Shown here piece after piece: positions 52,420-64,000 of a stretch of 64,000 nucleotides of DNA (position 1 is the stretch's first letter; each line of letters opens with the position of its first letter). The stretch is from positions 431,644,001 through 431,708,000 of the forward strand of contig OZ024740.1 in the NCBI GenBank assembly GCA_964016885.1. The letters run 5' to 3'. Made by a program: the position numbers and the translations under genes. The notes under the pieces are model-generated. The model saw nothing but the letters and a program-made list of their open reading frames with translations, ran no database searches and was not told the origin of the DNA. The stretch is from Eledone cirrhosa. Its lineage: Eukaryota.

Positions 52420-55400
52420 CCGCATCTTGAGACACATGAGGAAGCCAAAGTGTTCCAATGACCATGGTCAGTTACAGCTATCAATACATCCCATGTCTTG
52501 AGACATGAGACAACCAAAGTGTTCCAATGACCATGGTCAGTTACATCTATCAATGCATCCCATGTCTTGAGACACATGAGACAGCCAAAGTGCTCCAATG
52601 ACCATGGTCAGTTACATCTATCAATACACCCCATGTCTTGAGACACATGAGGCAGCTAAAGTGTTCCAATGACCATGGTCAGTTGTATCTATCAATACAT
52701 CCCGTGTCTTGAGACACATGAGGCAGCCAAAGTGTTCCAATGACCACGGTCAGTTACATCTATCAATACATCCCATGTCTTGAGACACATGAGGCAGCCA
52801 AAGTGTTCCAATGACCATGGTCAGTTACATCTATCAATACATCCCATGTCATGAGACATGAGGCAGCCAAAGTGTTCCAATGACCACGGTCAGTTACATC
52901 TATCAATACATCCCATGCCTTGAGACACATGAGGCAGTGAAAGTGTTCCAATGACCACGGTCAGTTACATCTATCAATACATCCCATGTCTTGAGACACA
53001 TGAGGCAGCCAAAGTGCTCCAATGACCATGGTCAGTTACATCTATCAATACATCCCATGTCTTGAGACATATGAGGCAGCCAAACTGTTCCAATGACCAC
53101 GGTCAGTTACATCCATCAATACATCCCATGTCTTGAGACACATGAGGCAGCCAAAGTCTTCAAATGACCATGGTCAGTTACATCTAACAATACATTCCAT
53201 GTCTTGAGACACATGAGAGCCAAAGTGTTCCAATGACCACGGTCAGTTGTATCTATCAATACATCCCATGTCTTGAGACACATGAGGCAGCCAAAGTGTT
53301 CCAATGACCACGGTCAGTTACATCTATCAATACATCCCATGTCTTGAGACACATGAGGCAGCCAAAGTGTTCCAATGACCATGGTCAGTTACATCTATCA
53401 ATACATCCCATGCCTTGAGACACATGAGGCAGTGAAAGTGTTCCAATGACCACGGTCAGTTACATCTATCAATACATCCCATGTCTTGAGACACATGAGG
53501 CAGCCAAAGTGTTCCAATGACCACGGTCAGTTGTATCTAACAATACATCCCATGTCTTGAGACACATGAGGCAGCCAAAGTATTCAAATGACCACGGTCA
53601 GTTACATCTATCAATACATCCCATGTCTTGAGTCACATGAGGCAGCCAAAGTATTCAAATGACCATGGTCAGTTGCATCTATCAATACATCCCATGTCTT
53701 GAGACACATGAGGCAGCCAAAGTGTTCCAATGACCACGGTCAGTTACATCTATCAATACATCCCATGTCTTGAGACACATGAGACAACCAAAGTGTTCCA
53801 ATGACCACGGTCAGTTACATCTATCAATACATCCCATGTCTTGAGACACATGAGGCAGCCAAACTGTTCCAATGACCACGGTCAGTTACATCTATCAATA
53901 CATCCCATGTCTTGAGACACATGAGGCAGCCAAAGTGTTCCACTGACCACGGTCAGTTACATCTATCAATACATCCCATGTCTTGAGTCACATGGGGCAG
54001 CCAAAGTGTTCCAATGACCAGTCAGTTACATCTATCAATACATCCCATGTCTTGAGACACATGAGACAACCAAAGTGTTCCAATGACCACGGTCAGTTAC
54101 ATCTATCAATACATCCCATGTCTTGAGACACATGAGGCAGCCAAAGTGTTCCAATGACCATGGTCAGTTACATCTATCAATACATCCCATGTCTTGAGTC
54201 ACATGGGGCAGCCAAAGTGTTCCAATGACCAGTCAGTTACATCTATCAATACATCCCATGTCTTGAGACACATGAGGCAGCCAAAGTGTTCCAATGACCA
54301 CGGTCAGTTACATCTATCAATACATCCCATGTCTTGAGACAAATGAGACAGCCAAAGTGCTCCAATGACCATGGTCAGTTACATCTATCAATACATCCCA
54401 TGTCTTGAGTCACATGGGGCAGCCAAAGTGTTCAAATGACCATGGTCAGTTACATCTATCAATACATCCCATGTCTTGAGACATGAGACAACCAAAGTGT
54501 TCCAATGACCACGGTCAGTTACATCTATCAATACATCCCATGCCTTGAGACACATGAGGCAGCCAAAGTGCTCCAATGACCATGGTCAGTTACATCTATC
54601 AATACATCCCATGCCTTGAGACACATGAGGCAGCCAAAGTGTTCCAATGACCACGGTCAGTTATATCTATCAATACATCCCATGTCTTGAGACATGAGAC
54701 AACCAAAGTGTTCCAATGACCACGGTCAGTTACATCTATCAATACATCCCATGTCTTGAGACACATGAGGCAGCCAAAGTGTTCAAATGACCATGGTCAG
54801 TTACATCTATCAATACATCCCATGTCTTGAGACACATGAGGCAGCCAAAGTGTTCAAATGACCATGGTCAGTTACATCTATCAATACATCCCATGTCTTG
54901 AGACATGAGACAACCAAAGTGTTCCAATGACCACGGTCAGTTACATCTATCAATACATCCCATGTCTTGAGACATGAGACAACCAAAGTGTTCCAATGAC
55001 CACGGTCAGTTATATCTATCAATACATCCCATGTCTTGAGACATGAGACAACCAAAGTGTTCCAATGACCACGGTCAGTTACATCTATCAATACATCCCA
55101 TGCCTTGAGACACATGAGACAGCCAAAGTGTTCCAATGACCACGGTCAGTTACATCTATCAATACATCCCATGTCTTGAGACACATGAGACAGCCAAAGT
55201 GTTCCAATGACCATGGTCAGTTACATCTATCAATACATCCCATGTCTTGAGACACATGAGACAGCCAAAGTGTTCCAATGACCATGGTCAGTTACATCTA
55301 TCAATACATCCCATATGTTGAGGCACATGGGGCAGCCAAAGTGTTCCAATGACCACGGTCAGTTACATCTATCAATACATCCCATGTCTTGAGACACATG

Positions 55401-58400
55401 AGGCAGCCAAAGTCTTCAAATGACCACGGTCAGTTACATCTATCAATACATCCCATGTCTTGAGACACATGAGACAGCCAAAGTGTTCCAATGACCACGG
55501 TCAGTTACATCTATCAATACATCCCATGCCTTGAGACACATGAGGCAGCCAAAGTGTTCCAATGACCATGGTCAGTTACATCTATCAATACATCCCATGT
55601 CTTGAGACACATGAGGCAGCCAAAGTGTTCCAATGACCATGGTCAGTTACATCTATCAATACATCCCATGCCTTGAGACACATGAGACAACCAAAGTGTT
55701 CCAATGACCATGGTCAGTTACATCTATCAATACATCCCATGTCTTGAGACACATGAGGCAGCCAAAGTGTTCCAATGACCATGGTCAGTTCCATCTATCA
55801 ATACATCCCATGTCTTGAGACACAGGAGGCAGCCAAAGTGTTTCAATGACCACGGTCAGTTACATCTATCAATACATCCCATGTCTTGAGACACATGGGG
55901 CAGCCAAAGTCTTCAAATGACCATGGTCAGTTACATCTATCAATACATCCCATGTCTTGAGACACATGAGGCAGCCAAAGTGTTCCAATGACCATGGTCA
56001 GTTACATCTATCAATACATCCCATGTCTTGAGACACATGAGGCAGCCAAAGTGTTCCAATGACCATGGTCAGTTACATCTATCAATACATCCCATGTCTT
56101 GAGACACATGAGGCAGCCAAAGTGTTCCAATGACCATGGTCAGTTACATCTATCAATACATCCCATGTCTTGAGTCACATGAGGCAGCCAAAGTGCTCCA
56201 ATGACCACGGTCAGTTACATCTATCAATACATCCCATGTCTTGAGACACATGGGGCAGTGAAAGTCTTCAAATGACCATGGTCAGTTACATCTATCAATA
56301 CATCCCATGTCTTGAGACACATGAGACAACCAAAGTGTTCCAATGACCACGGTCAGTTACATCTATCAATACATCCCATGTCTTGAGACACATGAGACAA
56401 CCAAAGTGTTCCAATGACCACGGTCAGTTACATCTATCAATACATCCCATGTCTTGAGACACATGAGACAACCAAAGTGTTCCAATGACCACGGTCAGTT
56501 ACATCTATCAATACATCCCATGTCTTGAGACACATGAGACAGCCAAAGTGTTCCAATGACCACGGTCAGTTGTATCTAACAATACATCCCATGTCTTGAG
56601 ACACATGAGGCAGCCAAAGTATTCAAATGACCATGGTCAGTTACATCTATCAATACATCCCATGTCTTGAGACACATGAGGCAGCCAAAGTGTTCCAATG
56701 ACCACGGTCAGTTACATCTATCAATACATCCCATGTCTTGAGACACATGAGGCAGCCAAAGTGTTCCAATGACCACGGTCAGATGTATCTATCAATACAT
56801 CCCATGTCTTGAGACACATGAGACAGCCAAAGTGTTCCAATGACCACGGTCAGTTACATCTATCAATACATCCCATGTCTTGAGACAAATGAGACAGCCA
56901 AAGTGCTCCAATGACCAGTCAGTTACATCTATCAATACATCCCATGTCTTGAGACACATGAGGCAGCCAAAGTGTTCCAATGACCACGGTCAGTTACATC
57001 TATCAATACATCCCATGTCTTGAGACAAATGAGACAGCCAAAGTGCTCCAATGACCAGTCAGTTACATCTATCAATACATCCCATGTCTTGAGACACATG
57101 AGGCAGCCAAAGTGTTCCAATGACCACAGTCAGTTACATCTATCAATACATCCCATGTCTTGAGACACATAAGGCAGCCAAAGTGTTCCAATGACCACGG
57201 TCAGATGTATCTATCAATACATCCCATGTCTTGAGACACATGAGACAGCCAAAGTGTTCCAATGACCACGGTCAGTTACATCTATCAATACATCCCATGT
57301 CTTGAGACAAATGAGACAGCCAAAGTGCTCCAATGACCAGTCAGTTACATCTATCAATACATCCCATGTCTTGAGACACATGAGGCAGCCAAAGTGTTCC
57401 AATGACCACGGTCAGTTACATCTATCAATACATCCCATGTCTTGAGACAAATGAGACAGCCAAAGTGCTCCAATGACGAGTCAGTTACATCTATCAATAC
57501 ATCCCATGTCTTGAGACACATGAGGCAGCCAAAGTGTTCCAATGACCACAGTCAGTTACATCTATCAATACATCCCATGTCTTGAGACACATGAGGCAGC
57601 CAAAGTGTTCCAATGACCACGGTCAGTTACATCTATCAATACATCCCATGTCTTGAGACACATGAGGCAGCCAAAGTGTTCCAATGACCACGCTCAGTTA
57701 CATCTATCAATACATCCCATGTCTTGAGTCACATGAGGCAGCCAAAGTGCTCCAATGACCACGGTCAGTTACATCTATCAATACATCTCATGTCTTGAGA
57801 CACATGAGACAACCAAAGTGTTCCAATGACCACGGTCAGTTACATCTATCAATACATCCCATGTCTTGAGTCACATGAGGCAGCCAAAGTGTTCCAATGA
57901 CCATGGTCAGTTACATCTATCAATACATCCCATGTCTTGAGACACATGAGGCAGCCAAAGTATTCAAATGACCACGGTCAGTTACATCTATCAATACATC
58001 CCATGTCTTGAGACACATGAGGCAGCCAAAGTATTCAAATGACCACGGTCAGTTACATCTATCAATACATCCCATGTCTTGAGACACATGAGGCAGCCAA
58101 AGTGTTCCAATGACCACGGTCAGTTACATCTATCAATACATCCCATGTCTTGAGACACATGAGGCAGCCAAAGTGTTCCAATGACCAGTCAGTTACATCT
58201 ATCAATACATCCCATGTCTTGAGACACATGGGGCAGTGAAAGTCTTCAAATGACCATGGTCAGTTACATCTATCAATACATGCCATGTCTTGAGACGCAT
58301 GAGACAACCAAAGTGTTCCAATGACCACGGTCAGTTACATCTATCAATACATCCCATGTCTTGAGACACATGAGACAGCCAAAGTGTTCCAATGACCACG

Positions 58401-61400
58401 GTCAGTTACATCTATCAATACATCCCATGTCTTGAGTCACATGGGGCAGCCAAAGTGTTCCAATGACCACGGTCAGTTATATCTATCAATACATCCCATG
58501 TCTTGAGACATGAGACAACCAAAGTGTTCCAATGACCACGGTCAGTTACATCTATCAATACATCCCATGCCTTGAGACACATGAGGCAGCCAAAGTGCTC
58601 CAATGACCATGGTCAGTTACATCTATCAATACATCCCATGCCTTGAGACACATGAGGCAGCCAAAGTGTTCCAATGACCACGGTCAGTTATATCTATCAA
58701 TACATCCCATGTCTTGAGACATGAGACAACCAAAGTGTTCCAATGACCACGGTCAGTTACATCTATCAATACATCCCATGTCTTGAGACACATGAGGCAG
58801 CCAAAGTGTTCAAATGACCATGGTCAGTTACATCTATCAATACATCCCATGTCTTGAGACACATGAGGCAGCCAAAGTGTTCAAATGACCATGGTCAGTT
58901 ACATCTATCAATACATCCCATGTCTTGAGACATGAGACAACCAAAGTGTTCCAATGACCACGGTCAGTTACATCTATCAATACATCCCATGTCTTGAGAC
59001 ATGAGACAACCAAAGTGTTCCAATGACCACGGTCAGTTATATCTATCAATACATCCCATGTCTTGAGACATGAGACAACCAAAGTGTTCCAATGACCACG
59101 GTCAGTTACATCTATCAATACATCCCATGCCTTGAGACACATGAGACAGCCAAAGTGTTCCAATGACCACGGTCAGTTACATCTATCAATACATCCCATG
59201 TCTTGAGACACATGAGACAGCCAAAGTGTTCCAATGACCATGGTCAGTTACATCTATCAATACATCCCATGTCTTGAGACACATGAGACAGCCAAAGTGT
59301 TCCAATGACCATGGTCAGTTACATCTATCAATACATCCCATATGTTGAGGCACATGGGGCAGCCAAAGTGTTCCAATGACCACGGTCAGTTACATCTATC
59401 AATACATCCCATGTCTTGAGGCACATGGGGCAGCCAAAGTCTTCAAATGACCATGGTCAGTTACATCTATCAATACATCCCATGTCTTGAGACACATGAG
59501 ACAGCCAAAGTGTTCCAATGACCACGGTCAGTTACATCTATCAATACATCCCATGCCTTGAGACACATGAGGCAGCCAAAGTGTTCCAATGACCATGGTC
59601 AGTTACATCTATCAATACATCCCATGTCTTGAGACACATGAGGCAGCCAAAGTGTTCCAATGACCATGGTCAGTTACATCTATCAATACATCCCATGCCT
59701 TGAGACACATGAGACAACCAAAGTGTTCCAATGACCACGGTCAGTTACATCTATCAATACATTCCATGTCTTGAGACACACGAGGCAGCCAAAGTGTTCC
59801 AATGACCACGGTCAGTTACATCTATCAATACATCCCATGTCTTGAGACACATGGGGCAGCCAAAGTCTTCAAATGACCATGGTCAGTTACATCTATCAAT
59901 ACATCCCATGTCTTGAGACACATGAGGCAGCCAAAGTGTTCCAATGACCATGGTCAGTTACATCTATCAATACATCCCATGTCTTGAGACACATGAGGCA
60001 GCCAAAGTGTTCCAATGACCATGGTCAGTTACATCTATCAATACATCCCATGTCTTGAGACACATGAGGCAGCCAAAGTGTTCCAATGACCATGGTCAGT
60101 TACATCTATCAATACATCCCATGTCTTGAGTCACATGAGGCAGCCAAAGTGCTCCAATGACCACGGTCAGTTACATCTATCAATACATCCCATGTCTTGA
60201 GACACATGGGGCAGTGAAAGTCTTCAAATGACCATGGTCAGTTACATCTATCAATACATCCCATGTCTTGAGACACATGAGACAACCAAAGTGTTCCAAT
60301 GACCACGGTCAGTTACATCTATCAATACATCCCATGTCTTGAGACACATGAGACAACCAAAGTGTTCCAATGACCACGGTCAGTTACATCTATCAATACA
60401 TCCCATGTCTTGAGACACATGAGACAACCAAAGTGTTCCAATGACCACGGTCAGTTACATCTATCAATACATCCCATGTCTTGAGACACATGAGACAGCC
60501 AAAGTGTTCCAATGACCACGGTCAGTTGTATCTAACAATACATCCCATGTCTTGAGACACATGAGGCAGCCAAAGTATTCAAATGACCATGGTCAGTTAC
60601 ATCTATCAATACATCCCATGTCTTGAGACACATGAGGCAGCCAAAGTGTTCCAATGACCACGGTCAGTTACATCTATCAATACATCCCATGTCTTGAGAC
60701 ACATGAGGCAGCCAAAGTGTTCCAATGACCACGGTCAGATGTATCTATCAATACATCCCATGTCTTGAGACACATGAGACAGCCAAAGTGTTCCAATGAC
60801 CACGGTCAGTTACATCTATCAATACATCCCATGTCTTGAGACAAATGAGACAGCCAAAGTGCTCCAATGACCAGTCAGTTACATCTATCAATACATCCCA
60901 TGTCTTGAGACACATGAGGCAGCCAAAGTGTTCCAATGACCACGGTCAGTTACATCTATCAATACATCCCATGTCTTGAGACAAATGAGACAGCCAAAGT
61001 GCTCCAATGACCAGTCAGTTACATCTATCAATACATCCCATGTCTTGAGACACATGAGGCAGCCAAAGTGTTCCAATGACCACAGTCAGTTACATCTATC
61101 AATACATCCCATGTCTTGAGACACATTAGGCAGCCAAAGTGCTCCAATGACCAGTCAGTTACATCTATCAATACATCCCATGTCTTGAGACATGAGACAA
61201 CCAAAGTGTTCCAATGACCACGGTCAGTTATATCTATCAATACATCCCATGTCTTGAGACATGAGACAACCAAAGTGTTCCAATGACCACGGTCAGTTAC
61301 ATCTATCAATACATCCCATGCCTTGAGACACATGAGACAGCCAAAGTGTTCCAATGACCACGGTCAGTTACATCTATCAATACATCCCATGTCTTGAGAC

Positions 61401-64000
61401 ACATGAGACAGCCAAAGTGTTCCAATGACCATGGTCAGTTACATCTATCAATACATCCCATGTCTTGAGACACATGAGACAGCCAAAGTGTTCCAATGAC
61501 CATGGTCAGTTACATCTATCAATACATCCCATATGTTGAGGCACATGGGGCAGCCAAAGTGTTCCAATGACCACGGTCAGTTACATCTATCAATACATCC
61601 CATGTCTTGAGGCACATGGGGCAGCCAAAGTCTTCAAATGACCATGGTCAGTTACATCTATCAATACATCCCATGTCTTGAGACACATGAGACAGCCAAA
61701 GTGTTCCAATGACCACGGTCAGTTACATCTATCAATACATCCCATGCCTTGAGACACATGAGACAACCAAAGTGTTCCAATGACCACGGTCAGTTACATC
61801 TATCAATACATTCCATGTCTTGAGACACACGAGGCAGCCAAAGTGTTCCAATGACCACGGTCAGTTACATCTATCAATACATCCCATGTCTTGAGACACA
61901 TGGGGCAGCCAAAGTCTTCAAATGACCATGGTCAGTTACATCTATCAATACATCCCATGTCTTGAGACACATGAGGCAGCCAAAGTGTTCCAATGACCAT
62001 GGTCAGTTACATCTATCAATACATCCCATGTCTTGAGACACATGAGGCAGCCAAAGTGTTCCAATGACCATGGTCAGTTACATCTATCAATACATCCCAT
62101 GTCTTGAGACACATGAGGCAGCCAAAGTGTTCCAATGACCATGGTCAGTTACATCTATCAATACATCCCATGTCTTGAGTCACATGAGGCAGCCAAAGTG
62201 CTCCAATGACCACGGTCAGTTACATCTATCAATACATCCCATGTCTTGAGACACATGGGGCAGTGAAAGTCTTCAAATGACCATGGTCAGTTACATCTAT
62301 CAATACATCCCATGTCTTGAGACACATGAGACAACCAAAGTGTTCCAATGACCACGGTCAGTTACATCTATCAATACATCCCATGTCTTGAGACACATGA
62401 GACAACCAAAGTGTTCCAATGACCACGGTCAGTTACATCTATCAATACATCCCATGTCTTGAGACACATGAGACAACCAAAGTGTTCCAATGACCACGGT
62501 CAGTTACATCTATCAATACATCCCATGTCTTGAGACACATGAGACAGCCAAAGTGTTCCAATGACCACGGTCAGTTGTATCTAACAATACATCCCATGTC
62601 TTGAGACACATGAGGCAGCCAAAGTATTCAAATGACCATGGTCAGTTACATCTATCAATACATCCCATGTCTTGAGACACATGAGGCAGCCAAAGTGTTC
62701 CAATGACCACGGTCAGTTACATCTATCAATACATCCCATGTCTTGAGACACATGAGGCAGCCAAAGTGTTCCAATGACCACGGTCAGATGTATCTATCAA
62801 TACATCCCATGTCTTGAGACACATGAGACAGCCAAAGTGTTCCAATGACCACGGTCAGTTACATCTATCAATACATCCCATGTCTTGAGACAAATGAGAC
62901 AGCCAAAGTGCTCCAATGACCAGTCAGTTACATCTATCAATACATCCCATGTCTTGAGACACATGAGGCAGCCAAAGTGTTCCAATGACCACGGTCAGTT
63001 ACATCTATCAATACATCCCATGTCTTGAGACAAATGAGACAGCCAAAGTGCTCCAATGACCAGTCAGTTACATCTATCAATACATCCCATGTCTTGAGAC
63101 ACATGAGGCAGCCAAAGTGTTCCAATGACCACAGTCAGTTACATCTATCAATACATCCCATGTCTTGAGACACATGAGGCAGCCAAAGTGTTCCAATGAC
63201 CACGGTCAGATGTATCTATCAATACATCCCATGTCTTGAGACACATGAGACAGCCAAAGTGTTCCAATGACCACGGTCAGTTACATCTATCAATACATCC
63301 CATGTCTTGAGACAAATGAGACAGCCAAAGTGCTCCAATGACCAGTCAGTTACATCTATCAATACATCCCATGTCTTGAGACACATGAGGCAGCCAAAGT
63401 GTTCCAATGACCACGGTCAGTTACATCTATCAATACATCCCATGTCTTGAGACAAATGAGACAGCCAAAGTGCTCCAATGACCAGTCAGTTACATCTATC
63501 AATACATCCCATGTCTTGAGACACATGAGGCAGCCAAAGTGTTCCAATGACCACAGTCAGTTACATCTATCAATACATCCCATGTCTTGAGACACATGAG
63601 GCAGCCAAAGTGTTCCAATGACCACGGTCAGTTACATCTATCAATACATCCCATGTCTTGAGACAAATGAGACAGCCAAAGTGCTCCAATGACCATGGTC
63701 AGTTACATCTATCAATACATCCCATGCCTTGAGTCACATGAGGCAGCCAAAGTGTTCCAATGACCATGGTCAGTTACATCTATCAATACATCCCATGTCT
63801 TGAGACACATGAGGCAGCCAAAGTGTTCCAATGACCATGGTCAGTTACATCTATCAATACATCCCATGTCTTGAGACACATGAGGCAGCCAAAGTGTTCC
63901 AATGACCATGGTCAGTTACATCTATCAATACATCCCATGTCTTGAGACACATGAGGCAGCCAAAGTGTTCCAATGACCATGGTCAGTTACATCTATCAAT
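52420..64000. repeat. 71-bp satellite (with 69-bp variants), ~160 monomers, intronic in TRAPPC8, open at the window edge
   Basis: TCAATACATCCCATGTCTTGAGACACATGAGGCAGCCAAAGTGTTCCAATGACCACGGTCAGTTACATCTA head-to-tail. Confidence 0.99.

Noticed and set aside
52410-63547. MEHFGCLMCLK ORFs and p53-like CATG sites
   Set aside because: The ORFs are satellite translations; the CATG flanks do not fit RRRCWWGYYY

Overview
Repeat-dominated, AT-rich eukaryotic (metazoan) genomic DNA. The SINE/RTE repertoire and the (CAT)n/(TA)n-tailed elements suggest an octopod cephalopod; this is an inference. Left half: a short non-coding LTR element (1-2293, minus strand, left LTR cut by the window edge) abuts a ~27 kb array of a 39-bp satellite (2294-29115). 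The array has a 3,578-bp higher-order repeat x3, five tRNA-derived SINE copies (three independent insertions) and two 5'-truncated L1/Tx1-like LINE insertions. Middle: mini/microsatellites (27, 8, 16, 40, 46, 35 bp units), decayed Penelope-like, RTE and MITE remnants, and one candidate orphan exon. Right half: the last three coding exons of a TRAPPC8 orthologue on the minus strand (51814-51669, 48398-48309, 41610-41274). Its upstream intron is filled by a >11.5 kb 71-bp satellite running off the window. Almost all ORFs in the supplied track are translations of tandem repeats. No prokaryotic-type system is present. The most intriguing signals are that every 39-bp monomer carries, on the minus strand, a perfect branch-point (TACTAAC) next to a 5' splice-site motif (TG/GTAAGA), and that several unrelated retroelements have landed in this satellite, the SINEs at the same monomer phase.
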